Shown: piece after piece, positions 40,601-53,687 of the stretch | How the letters are laid out: every line of letters starts with the position of its first letter | How positions within the stretch are numbered: position 1 is the first letter of the stretch | Translations under genes and position numbers: made by a program | The notes under the pieces: model-generated | The model's database searches: none | Seen by the model: the letters and a program-made list of their open reading frames with translations, nothing else | Told to the model about the DNA's origin: nothing | Source of the DNA: Pseudovirgaria hyperparasitica | Taxonomy: Eukaryota | Strand: one strand, 5' to 3' | NCBI GenBank assembly: GCA_010093815.1 | Contig: ML996565.1 | DNA: 63,724 nucleotides

Positions 40601-42081
40601 GGAACTTAGTGCTAATATCTACTATTATCTATATTAGGTATTTATACTTTTTCATGCGTAGGGACATAGTAGCGTTAAGGAAAGATAATGAATAGAAGCT
40701 AAAATTCCCTCGTTCTAGCTCTAAGAACGAGAGCCCGTATTAGATATACGCTTTCCTACTAAATATCGCCTAAGCTTATAATCGAAGCCATTCTAAGGGT
40801 AGACTTACTAAGCTAGTTAACGAAGTAGAGAACGTGCTAGTAGCACTACTAGATATTCTATTTAACTAGTCCCCTCGGCTTATAGTACTCGCTATATAAG
40901 CTATAACGTAGTACTTTAAGTACTAGGAGAAGGGCATTATATAGGTGTAATATCCTATTAAGCGTAAGTTAGTATATTATATATTACGGCTAATAGACTT
41001 TAAGTATATCGGACGCGTCTTTACCGAAGACGACGCGCTAACTAGATAATAAAAGTATAGACTATTTAACTAGAAGATAGACTCTACCTTTAATAAGACT
41101 ACGCCTAATAATATTACCGGTAATAAGGACGACCTACTAGAGGCGCCTAGAATCGCCGATTCTAGTGCGTTCTTAGACGGTGATAATACCTATTAGGACG
41201 ACATTAATACAGTTCCCTCCCGGATCGATTAGTTTGTTAATATATATAGAATTATAGGGGTTGGTTTTAATTTATAGAAGGCGAATAGAAATGTTTATTT
41301 CTTTTCTTATCCAGCTAATCTCGCTCTCCTACGGTAGCTCTTAGGTCATATATTTTAACTTAAATAGCTCTTACCGACCCTGCTTTCTAAGTACTATATA
41401 CTAAACATATAGGCATCTAAAATGTCCATGGCCATGACTCGCCGAGCATTACCTAAGATATTTACTACTCTATCTAGTCTTATGGATGGTACCCTCGATA
41501 CTACTCTCGATATTATCGTTCCGCCTATCCTTAAGGGCTAGTATCCTATAATTAGAGATGTATACTACGATTTCGGTCTAATTATCTATAAAGACGATCC
41601 GGAGTTTAAGAAGCTATATAAACCGGAATCCACGGCTATTCCCGTGCTTAAAGTTATAAAACACCTTCTAATATTTAACTATAATATTATTATTAACTAA
41701 AGCGAGAGGCTAGGTATTACTAATCTAACGGAGAGGGCTACTAGTATATTTAATATTATTAGTAATACTATGCGCCGCCCTAATAACCGCCTAGATAAGG
41801 ACCCTACTAAGCGTAGTACCTATAGTTATGGTAAGGACGAGGTAGATAGTAGAGATAGAATCCATTTACTACGAGAAGCCAGCGAGAAAATAACATTATT
41901 AAGATCTATATTAGAGTCTACGATCCGTATAATATAGTTAATTAAAGACTATAAAGACCTCTTCCTAATAGAACACGCTACTAAATAATTCGTTAATAAG
42001 GACTAGACTACTTATATAGTAGAGTAGTTTATAATAGATAAGATACTAATAAACATAGGTAGAGATAATAATAAGGCTTAA
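37670..42081 (+). pseudogene. SNF2-family ATPase (RIP-degenerate); probable introns 38299-38353 and 39443-39516
   Basis: Motif I GVVLVDGIGLGK (~39380-39412), Ia KPTLLV, II VA[D]E[V/A]HGFRN (~39975), III LIT[G]TPVYN, V GVGFNL[Q]KAN (~41258) and VI-like [Q]LLG.IF.L (~41335). Confidence 0.8.
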
Positions 42082-42772
42082 CTATCTTCTAGAAGGGATT
42101 GGAATCGGCGTTTCTAGTCGCGTCTATAGTTAGTACTTTTCTTTAACAGCGTGTATTTATATTCTACTAGTTATTTTATTATATTTATAGCTACTAGTAT
42201 CTTTCCTTTAATAGTCTATATAAGGATAGTCGTCCTTATAGCTTATTATATCTCCTTACTTTTATAATTAACGCCTAGTTAAATATTATTATAATTTCTA
42301 ATACTGTCTTACACGCTCTGTTAAGTATTCCTATACTCGTTTTCTATACCTTTAAAACGTGGTTCTACTCTATACTAGAGGCGTCTAGAAACGTCGAGCG
42401 CCGATAGCCTTTTACTCCTAGTAACATCTTAGTATACGTAACTATAGGCTTCGAACTAGTATTATATTATTCCGACTTACGCAATATAAGGGAGAGTTCA
42501 TTTTATTTACTTAGTATTACTTTACTTTACTACTTATCTATATTATATCCGGTTTATTAACCTCTATTTACTTTTATAATATTACTATCTAAACGAGACT
42601 AGCTTAGTATTTGCATAAAGGTATATAAATATATACTACCTTATAATTTCCTCTCTTCTATATTAACTTACTTACTCTTGTATACGTTAATAAGTCTTAT
42701 AATTCGTTCATTTATCTTATTAGTAATTACAATTTATAGACGCCTCTAAATAGATTATATAGATTTAATAAA

Positions 42773-45700
42773 ATGGTAGGCGATTAGAGCCTTCTAACTA
42801 AGCTAAGTAAAGGAAAATGGAAGGCGGTATAATTAGCTCCGCCACCCGTAGAAGATACTAGACCTTTAGAACCGGCTAAAACTTCTAGATCTATACGCTA
42901 TACCTAATAGATACTTTAAGACCTAAATAATCTAGTAGGGAATGATTGTTTCTATTAATCTTATAAAAAACTAATACCGTTACGTATGAATAGCGTAAAG
43001 TTCATGGTTAGTAATATTATATAGATACTAGAGAAGGACGTCTATTTGGTAAACGCTACGTAGAGGTAATTAGATACTAAGCGTTTTAGTAGTATTAACG
43101 TAGTTATCCGTAAAGGAGCCGGTCTAGAACTCGTGGCCGCCCTTACGGATTATAAGATTTTAGAATCCGAGGAAATTCTAGTAATGGAGCCATATAATCT
43201 TAATGTAAAAATTATTATATACGTGGCTATACTAATATATATAAAGACGAAGTTAGATATAAAAAAACGTCGTAACGTTCTAAGAGATTTATATAAAAGC
43301 ATCGTTAAAACTACGGTTAATTATTAGAACCTAGATATTAGTAGCGTCGCTCGGATTCTTTATTCTATTCTTAGAATATCGAAGTATAGATAGGCTATAG
43401 ACGCTAGAGCCTATTCTACCCTTCTCGGTATACGAATGGCTTTCAAGGACTCTAATAATAATAAAATACTATTTAATATCTTACTCGTCGTGCCATTAGC
43501 GGAGGATATACTTAATATTATACCTATTATCTAGTGGGTTTCCAATTCTACGAATTACTATTATCTACTAATATTCTTTAGTATTATATTCCCGTCGATT
43601 AAAACGCGCGCCATTAAGTTTCTAGGTATATTAAATCCCGGCTTTAGTAATCCTTAGGATTAGCGATTCCAATACCCGCGCATTTATTATTATATATACT
43701 CTATAGTCTTTCCCTATAACCGTCTAGGATCGACGATTCTAGACCTCTCTTAAGATATACATGTTCCCTATAACCGTCTATAATTAACGATTCTAGGCCC
43801 TTCTTAAGATATATATATTCTATACTAACCGTCTACCGTAGAACTACCTATCTAATATATACCGATAACACCTCGTGTATATATAGCTCGCGCCGCTAGT
43901 ATTAAGTTAGCTCTATCTTAGGAAGTTTATACTAACCGTATACGTTTCGTTAAGAATATAATTAGGGATAACGTTATATATAGTCGAGCCGTAGTAGCCC
44001 GTTCTCTAATAACTAATAAACTATCCCCCGCGAAGAAGAAGAAGAAGGGTTCTAAGACTAAAAATACCGCCGATTCTATTATAAGTAAGACTAGTAAAAC
44101 GTCTAAGACCGCACTACTACTTAAGAATAGTATAGTAGTAAAAGAGCCGACTATAGAAACGCTATACCCTACTACGGAACTATCTTTGGTAAAGGAACCC
44201 GAAGATAATACTAATAATTTAGATTCTATATCTCCATCTATAGATAGCGAACTTTCTAATAATCTAGACTCTAAACCTAATACCTCTAACTTACTACTAC
44301 CCCGAATACCGTTAAAATCCAAAGCCCGGAAAGTAGTTAGAACGCTATTAAAAAGATTAAAGGTAAACTAAACTAACACCGTAAAGCCGACTAGTACTAC
44401 TCTAGTTATAGCCGTAGCTATAAAAAAGGCTAAAGCGCTAAAGCGTAAAAAAACGATAGTAACTTTATAATCTCTAACGACCTAAAGCTTCCTAGTAGGT
44501 GTCTACGACCTTAGATAATAGCTTTCTTTATTAATCGACTAGTAATAGGTAAACCTATTATCTACCGCTTAGTTAGATACTACTACGTTACGTAGTTCTA
44601 GTTAGCTATAGCGGAGAGAATTTCGCGTCTTAAGAATTAAGGCAAGCTCTATACTAGATTTACTTTTATTGTGAAGATTATATATATACTAGGTGGCGCT
44701 AGAGCGGGCGGCTATGGACCTAATACCTACATCGATCTATACTTCTATAGCTCTAAGGAATACTACCATTTAATTCTACTCTATAAGCGGCTTAAGAGAC
44801 TTACGTAGAGCCCTAAAATTCTCGTAGAGGGTCTTCGTCTTCGGCTCGCCTAGCCTATATATAAAGAATCTAGATTCGAGACTCCTACTAATTATTAGGA
44901 GCGATAACTCGCCGTACTTCGCCAACTTAGGGAGTTGCTTAGTCGTCTAATTTTCTATGATTATTAGTCTAATATTAGCTTTATATATTAGCTTGCTATA
45001 TAGTAAGTTTGGGATAAGCTAAAGTATAACGATCCTAATCTTAACCCGTCTAAGGAAGTTAATAAGAGTAATAAAGAGAATTTATTACGTTATATAAAGC
45101 CGCTAGCCGATACTACTAAAAAGTCTTCTATAGCCGAAGTAACTATAAGGAAGAAGCGTATAGCGTCGTATAGCGATTTAAGTAAGGCCGTTAAGCGCGT
45201 TAAACTTAGTAACGAGATACTAGAGAAGGCACTAGAATCGGCGATTATAGACGCCTCTAAGGTTTTAGATGATATGCCCGATAATACTATACGGATAAAC
45301 CCCCTAGACCCCCTCGTAGACTCTAGTACTATTTCTAAGAAACGTATGGAATCGTCGATTCTAGGACCTTCTACGGACCTTAACCCTCCTCCTATTTTTC
45401 CTTTAATTACGCTAACTATACCGACTATTACTACCACGTTATTATATATATCTCTTAAGGGTACCGATACTATCGTATCGGATAGTAAGGGTAATTCTAG
45501 GTCGCGGATCTTAGATCTATCTAAATAGCCAACGATCGATATATAGCCTAGCATGCCTAATAGTAGCATTATTATTAACTAAGACCGGCCACTTACTACC
45601 TAGGTATAGTATCTCGCTAATTATGGCCCTTTTAAGGATAAGCACGTAGTTTAAGAACTTTACTATAATATAGCGTTCTCTAGATCTAACCTAGATTTCC

Positions 45701-45852
45701 TACCGCCCTTATTAGTAGATTCGACCGACCCTAATAATATTAATATAGACTTAAGTAGTTAAAGGGTTAGGTTTTTCTTAAGTATAGACATGCGTATAAG
45801 ATTTAAGTAGTTATTAGTAAATTATAATCTAGTACTAGGGTAGGTCTATAAC
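42773..45852 (+). pseudogene. Large RIP-degenerate gene of unknown function, 3' end split by element C (continues ~53693-53750)
   Basis: Long coding-like frames (ORF-track fragments 43133, 44186, 45274) and Lys-rich NLS-like SPAKKKKKGSK. No domain recognised. Confidence 0.4.
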
Positions 45853-46080
45853 TATTAGAACTTAGTCTTAGATAGAACCTAACCTACACGTTCCTTAGCT
45901 AATAGGGTTAGAAGGTAACGTAAAGGGCGGTAAACAGTCACGTGCTAGATAGATCGGCGTCCCTTTATATATATACTCTTAGATTCCTACTAAAAGGGTT
46001 CGGTAGTAATTCGTTCTATAATAGAATATACCCTATTATTCTATCTAACTATACTACTATCTAATAACCCTATTCTTATA
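45853..46080 (+). repeat. 5' LTR of element C
   Basis: Direct repeat of 53460-53687. Confidence 0.95.
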
Positions 46081-46273
46081 TTCGAATTACTCCCTATATA
46101 GTACTATAGTTAAGATAGTCTAACTAGAACCGAGAAGGTCGACACGATCTACTATAGGGATAAGTAATACTATATTAAATAATAGAGATTCTCTATAATT
46201 AGCATTAATCCCGGCCATTTCTAACCGAGAAGTAGAAATATTAGACCGAATCGCGGAGCTTTTAGACGAAGAA

Positions 46274-49200
46274 ATGGTAGATACGCCGAGTAACTTCTAA
46301 TAACATAAAGCCGGATAACGAGTCGTAGCGGAGCCACGTGAGGTATTATAATAAACCATCGCCGAACTTTAGGAATACGTCGCGAATTAGGCTTAATAGA
46401 TTTAAACCCTTAAAGAATAGATAGAACGCGCGAAACTCCTCGCAAAGAGACGAGAACTTAAGGAGTCTCTTAAAGAACTACGCCGAACGATAGTAGGTAG
46501 ACGACTTCCTATACTAATTTAGGCGGAATTAGTTTACCTACTATTAGAGTTATGATAATCTACTATATACCCGGCCGCTTCGTTACCGATTTACCCTACT
46601 CCTTCCCTAGATATACTAAAACCTAAAGACCCGACTATATTTATAGAGAAGAACTAAAAGGAGTAGAAAGACTAGAAGAGAGACTACGAAAAGTACTTCC
46701 TCGATAACCCTCTACTCTTTTCTACTAAAGTATAATATATTTCGTTCGGAGAACGATACCTAGGCTTATAATCCCGCGATTAATAGGATAGATAGAAGGA
46801 AGTACAGCCACTATCTACGACAACCTAGAAATATTTAGCTATATTTATACTAAATACCCTCGGAACGGATGGAGAACGTGAAAGAAAGGCACTATCTAAG
46901 TTAAGAAGCGTAGCATAACGACCGAACTAGACACCTACTTAACTACTATAATACCTCTAAAACCTATAGAATAATATCCCTACGCTATAGAAAAATATTC
47001 GTATATTCTAGTTTCGCGAAGTACTACTTCCGTTAATCCGCGAAAGACTAGAAATAGTATTATTAAGTTTTAACTATCTATATAAATTAGAGGAGAAAGC
47101 TAATAAATACTACCGCATCCTTAAGGAACGCGGCTCTCTAGGTAAAACCGACGAACCCTATACGGGTTAGAAACGAGGTCAATCGAATACGTTCGATTAA
47201 GAGTAACCTTACCACAATTAGCGCTAGAAGAGCGTAAATCGGGGTAGAAACGCGTTAAGAGGATACTAAAATAATTAAGGCGGTACTTCTTAACACGGAA
47301 AAGGATAAGATATAGGCTTAAATATAACGCCTATCGTAAAATAGTAGGATTATAGCGTACTTTGTTACTATAAGTATAGAGAAATAGGATATATTTCGCC
47401 TAACTATAAGAATCCGAAAAAAGAATAGGCTAGTACACGAGATCTAACCGCGTTCTTAGCTAAATTATATATACTTAGAAGGAGCCGTAGCGCCTTCCGG
47501 CGAGTAAAGACCTAATATTACTAAAAGTATCGTTACCTATAGTAAATAGTAATAAAACTATATAGGCCCTCGTGGATACTAGTATAGAAGATAACTATAT
47601 TTCGTCGATTCTTATAAAGGAGTATAGATTATCGTACGATCTTAGTAAAGTTAGCTAAACTATCGTAGTTAGTAGATATAAAGTTAGAACTTTAGGTAAA
47701 GCTATAACGAATTACGAAGTTCATAACTCGAAGATAATAAAATAGTAGATGTCTAATAAATTTATCGTGGCTAATATTAGCTAATAGAATATAATTCTAG
47801 GGATACCTTAGCTTAGACGCCTAAACTCTATCCTTGATTTTTAGAAGGAGACATTAACGTTCTAACGATACCGTAGTAAATTATACTAGTAAGTCGTAAC
47901 TATTAGTAAGGAGGCATGGAACCTTACCATGCGGACCCGATTATCGCTACCCTATCTTATATTCTTATTGATCGTTAATAAAGATAAGGACGATAGTAAT
48001 AATTAGGGCGAAGACACGCTACCCGACGTATATTCGTAGTATATAGATATATTTTTAGTAGGAGATACGTTACTTCTCCCTAATCACGGGCTATATAAGC
48101 TAAAGACTAAGCTTAAAGAGGGAGTAGACGTCCCTTATAGTCTACTTTATCTACTTTTAAGACTAGAACTTGAAGTTCTTCGTAAATATATTAAAGAATA
48201 CCTTAAAAGAGGCTAGATACGTCGTAGTACGTTATTGGCCGGCGCATCTATTCTCTTCGTAAAGAAGAAAGACGGAAGTTTACGTCTATACGTCGACTAT
48301 TAGGTACTAAATACGGTAACTAAGAAGAATCGTCACCTATTACCGCTAGTTAGTAAATCTTTAGACTAATTAATAAAGGTAAAGTACTTTATAAAGCTAG
48401 ATTTACGAGATATATATTACCGGCTTTAAATTCGTTGCGGAGATAAGTAGAAAACCGCATTTCGGACTAGATATAGTCATTTTAAGTATACTATTATACT
48501 ATTCGGGCTAATAAATACGCTAGGAGCGTTCTAAGGATATATTAATACTATACTCGTAGGATTACTTAACGTGATTTACGTAGTTTATCTCGATAATATA
48601 CTAATTTACTCCGATAGTATGTAGAATTATAAAGAATACGTGAAATTAGTACTAAATCGTCTAAGGTAGTATAAACTCTACGTAAAATTATCTAAATATA
48701 AGTTTCACTAATAAGAAGTTAGGTTTCTCGGCTTTATTATAATATATGGCGGCCTAAAAATAGAGCCGGAGCGTATAAAGACCATTATAGAATGGCTAGA
48801 ACCTACTACTATACGTTAAATTAGAACATTTATAGGTTTTGTAAACTATTATCGTAAATTCATTATAGGCTTCTTACGAATTACGGCGCCGCTTAATAAA
48901 CTCATAGAGAATAGCGGTAAAATCTCTATAGGTAGGTAAGCATAGCGTAAAGCTAAGTCGGTCGAGATATAGTTAACGCTGGAAGCGCGAGATACGTTTC
49001 AATCATTAAAGAATTACTTTATAACTACGCCGATTCTTAGGTATTTCGATCCTAAGAAGTATATTTAGGTTAAAACTAACGCGTTAGAATTCGTAATTAC
49101 TAGAATCATTAGTTAACCGTATAAAGATGCGAAAGATAAGGTGTAATAGTACCCGGTCGCTTTCTTTTCCTATAAAATGGCGGATATAGAGACGCGTTAT

Positions 49201-51790
49201 AACACGCACGACTAGAAACTACTTATAATTATTAAGAGTTTTAAGTAATAGCGATATTATTTAGAAGGCTCTATATATTAGATCGAATTATTATTAGATT
49301 ACGTAAATCTATATTACTTTATATCGACCAAGGTCCTTAATCGCCGATAAGTACGTTAGGCTAAGTAGATATTAATATTTAACTTTAAAATCTTATATAA
49401 AGCTAGAAGAGAGAATAAAGCTAATCCTCTATCGCGGCGTAAAGATTATAAGAAATCGTTATAGAATGACGTAGATAGTTAGTATAAGTTAGACTATACT
49501 ATACTTTAGATACTATAAGACTAGTTATCTAATAGAATACTAGAAGCTAGGACACTTTCGGCGATTCTCCGCGGGAATTAGAGCGGGTATTAAGTAATCT
49601 AAATAAACGTCTAAGAAACTAAGAAAACCCTCAAAGACTTAATTAAATCTACCTAGAATTCCGATATATTAGTAAAGAAAGTTATAAGTATAAAAGGAAG
49701 CGCTATAGATCCGCCGTGGTTATTAAGGTAGAAACGATAATCCAACGCGATTGTTAGGCACATGCCTACTAGTTAATTATATATATATATAGTAGTCGTA
49801 TATAAGTAGTGTACTCTACCCTTGAAGTAGTAGCTTTAAGATTCGGTCCTTTAGGTATAGTTGGTTAGTGCGTAGAGCCCGCCTCCTTATATAATCTTAA
49901 AGCTACTATAGGGTCACGGGTTTAACTCTCGGTCTAGTTAACCGTTATTAAATTTCGTACGATTCCGTTTAGCTTACCACGTTACGTATACTTTATATAC
50001 GTGATAGATAACATGGTAGTAACGTTATTACGGTAAGTTAGCGTGTCTAGTACTAGAGGCGGCATTACAAGTATTAGTTATGTGTGTACATCGTTTATAC
50101 TAGGCCTATTACGGCTAGTTTAGTTCATCTTTCGTAAGGTAGTATACCCACGACGCGTAAGGACACGCGCCTTTAAAAAGGGGAGATATTATTAGGTACG
50201 TGCCTACTAGTTAATTATACATGTATGTAGTAGTTATATATAAGTAGTGTACTCCACCCTTAAAGTAGTAGCTTTAAGATTCGGTCCTTTTAGTATAGTT
50301 GGTTAGTGCGTGGAGCCCGCCTCCTTATAGTAATCTACTTCTAAGACCGACTCTACGTGCCGGAAGGCGGCTTATAAATTAATATTTTAAGGGAATAGTA
50401 CGATTACGCGTTAGTAGGGCACTTTAGCGTTATAAGGACGGTCGATTTAATCCGAAGGACGTACGACTAGCCGGGTCTTTATAAATATATAAAAGACTAC
50501 GTAAAAACGTGTAACGTTTGCTAGTATACGAAAGTATATAGATACTTACTATATGGCGAATTAAGGCCATTACCTATGCTAAAGGAGGCATGGAAGGAAT
50601 TATTAATGGATTTTATTATAGATCTGCCCCTAAGTAAGTATTCTAGGTATATTTATAATAGTTTACTTATAGTTCTAGATAGATTTATAAAGATATTATA
50701 CTACATCCCTATAAGGAAGATAATCTAAGCACCGGATCTTATAGATATACTACTCCGTGATATAGTCCGGCTCTATAGTATACCGAACGGTATAGTTTTG
50801 GATAGAGGTCCGTAGATAACGTCTAAATTTTAGAAGAATTTCTACTATACGCTAGGAATTAAGCGGAAACTTAGTACTACGTTCCATCTATAAATAGATA
50901 GATAGACGGAGCGGTAGAATTAGATAGTCGAGGCGTATTTACGTGTATATTATAACTATAAGTAGAATAACTAGATAAGGTTAGTCTATATCGTGGAATT
51001 TGCGTATAATAATAGCCGATATATATTAACCCACGTAAGTCTATTCGAAGTAAACTTCGGTCGGAACCATAATATATAGTTCTTAGGGACCTAGTTTAAA
51101 GTAGAACGACCCAACGTTAAAGTAATAGAAATTACTATAGAACTATTCTAAACGTAAAGAAGCATTATAAAGTTACTATAAGATACTACGAATTATAGTA
51201 AATCGCACTATAACAAGGGTAGAAAACCTATAATCTTTAATATTAGGGATAAAGTTTTACTAAATAGTAAGAATATTTATAGTATTAGGCTAAAGAAGAA
51301 GCTTAACTATATAATAATAGATCTATATAAGATTACTCGTGTAATTAATGACTAGGTGTACGAGTTATAACTCCCTCCTACGTTAAAGATATATAATATA
51401 TTCTATATTACGCTTCTCGAGCCATTTTATACCTTATTATTACTAGATTATTCTAAATAGATACTATATAAAGTAGTTATATAAGAAGGTATAGATATCT
51501 ACGAAGTTAAGTAGATACTTAGCTAGTAACATACCGAAGATAGCACGTAGCTATATAAAATTCGTTAGAAAGGATATAATTCTAATAAAGATACTTAGGA
51601 ATCTATAATAAACATTAGTAAAGTAGCGATATTAGTATATAAGTAGCGATTAGCAAAGGAAGCCGCGGAATCATAGAGAATTATACTAAAGTACAGCAAT
51701 TCAACGTTTTTTAGTATAGTTCGGCGCCAAGGACGGCCGCCTAAAAGGAAGAAGGTAAAAGAGATATAGATCTTTAAAACATTCTAAGGA
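46274..51790 (+). pseudogene. gag-pol of element C (interrupted by TRIM 2)
   Basis: CCHC remnant ~47365-47410, protease ALVDT[S/G], RT, RNase H, integrase and chromodomain. Ends are approximate. Confidence 0.85.
49752..50329 (+). mobile_element. TRIM copy 2, 578 bp, inserted in pol of element C
   Basis: Same length as copy 1, differing almost only by transitions. TSD GCGAT/GTAAT differs by two RIP-type transitions. Confidence 0.93.
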
Positions 51791-51834
51791 ATTAAGGAAC
51801 TTCCTTAGAAAGTTCGAACTTAGAACTTTAAAAA

Positions 51835-51929
51835 NNNNNNNNNNNNNNNNNNNNNNNNNNNNNNNNNNNNNNNNNNNNNNNNNNNNNNNNNNNNNNNNNN
51901 NNNNNNNNNNNNNNNNNNNNNNNNNNNNN
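51835..51929. other. Assembly gap (95 N)
   Basis: N run. Confidence 1.
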
Positions 51930-52019
51930 CGAAAAACTAAAAACGCTAGATAAAAGAGATATATTAGTACTAATTAGTATAGATCTAAACCGATTAAGTC
52001 GGAGTAGAAGTAGAAGTAC

Positions 52020-52888
52020 TAATTACCGCGATAGTTATATCTAATTCCTTCCGCTAGTTCTTATTTAGTATAGTATAGAGCTTTATAATATAAGTCTCTA
52101 GCCTTTCGTTCCGACGCTATAAATTCTATATAGCGCGCCTTATAGCTATAAACTCCTCTATAGAAACCTATAGAGCGGTAGGACCCGGGACGGAGAGGGA
52201 CGGACCGGCGTAGGCACGCTAAGAATTATATAAATTAGCGAAAAGATTTAATAATCGGTATAGAACTATATACCTTTAGTATAGAAACTTCTAGATTAGA
52301 GCTATCTTCCCTAAATTTATAGCTCTTTAACACGCGCGAGGAAGGAACCTTAGCCTTTTTACTAGAACCTTTTCTAGAAATTTTAATATCACTAGTATAT
52401 AGAAAGAAGTCCGAAGTAGTAGAGATTTTAGTACTATTATAGAGATTAATATATATTAGTAAGAATCTATAACGATTTAAGAAAAACGATATTATCTAGT
52501 AATTATAGTAATAATAGCTATAGTAGATTCTAATAAATTCTTATAGATCTTATTAGAATCGTACTCCTAGACGTAACCCTTACCTTAGGTATATAGCTCG
52601 TAGAAAGCCTTCTCTAAGGCGTTACGATCGGTAGTACCACGCTCCTTATTAGTAGAGGTTACTAGAGGCCTAGTAGTAATCTATACTAATATAAGTAAAT
52701 CTACGTAAAGTTCTTCGAACTTACTTAAATATCTATAAGTAATAACGCTTCTTAGTTATATAAGTACCGTATATTATAGATTTAGTACCGCCGTAAGTAA
52801 TATACGACGGAAAGTAATAACTATAATAATATATAGCTAGATTATTAGAGCCCGGCCTAGGTCGGGGTAGATCGATAGCTTTTGACAT
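52020..52888 (-). pseudogene. Putative antisense accessory gene of element C
   Basis: ATG at 52888 (MSKAIDLPRPRPG..) is followed by a Tyr-rich stretch compatible with RIP'd Cys codons, then a GTAAGT donor. The end is approximate. Confidence 0.4.
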
Positions 52889-53459
52889 GTCGGTAATGTA
52901 TACGAGATAGGGATTATTCGAAGGCGCCTATTTCCACGCTAATTACTTTAGAGCGTTAAGATTTCGGGAAACTATATTATAATTATTATTAATTTATACG
53001 GACCATTATAAATTATATTATTACTAGCTAAGGACGGTATAAAAATTAGTAAATTACGTAAATCGTACTAAATTATAGTAAATCTATATAAATCTATATC
53101 TATAAGGATCGGGTAATATATCTAATAATCTAAAAAACTCTATAAAGAGTTAAGAAGTTTTTTAAAGAAAGGAATATTTCTAAGAAAAGATTTTAATATA
53201 GGTAGCACCCGGGCTTACCTAATTATATCACGTGATATACTAGGCCTAATTAGGTAATCTCACCTATATAAGAAGTTAAGATGGATAAAATCTAGTTTAT
53301 TAGGAAAATACTTATATAAATCTTAGATCGGTAAATATTAGTAAGTATCTAAGACAAAGCGTAGAGAACGACTAAGGTCTTATAAGACTTAGAATAGGGA
53401 TATAGGGATAGGTAACGATCTAGGTTACTAAGGGCAGCTTCCTAGAGGGAAGGGATAAT

Positions 53460-53687
53460 TATTAGGACTTAGCCTTAGGTAGGACCCGACCTATATATAC
53501 CTTAGCTAATAGGGTTAGGAGGTAACGTGAAGGGCGGTAAATAGTTACGTGCTAGATAGATCGGCGTCCCTTTATATATATACTCTTGGATTCCTACCGA
53601 AAGGGTTCGGTAGTAATTCATTCTATAATAGAATACACCCTATTGTTCTATCTAACTATACTACTATCCAATAACCCTATTCTTACA
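53460..53687 (+). repeat. 3' LTR of element C
   Basis: Direct repeat of 45853-46080; ends TTACA, followed by TSD ATAAC. Confidence 0.95.

Larger units (their letters stand above)
45853..53687 (+). mobile_element. Ty3/Gypsy chromovirus LTR retrotransposon 'C' (contains TRIM 2 and an assembly gap)
   Basis: 228-bp LTRs at 45853-46080 and 53460-53687, TSD ATAAC, RT VVYLD[N/D]ILIYS (~48585), integrase, chromodomain IYEVK..YKIR[W]KGY..DT[W]E (~51495-51610) and PPT GAGGGAAGGGA. Confidence 0.95.
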
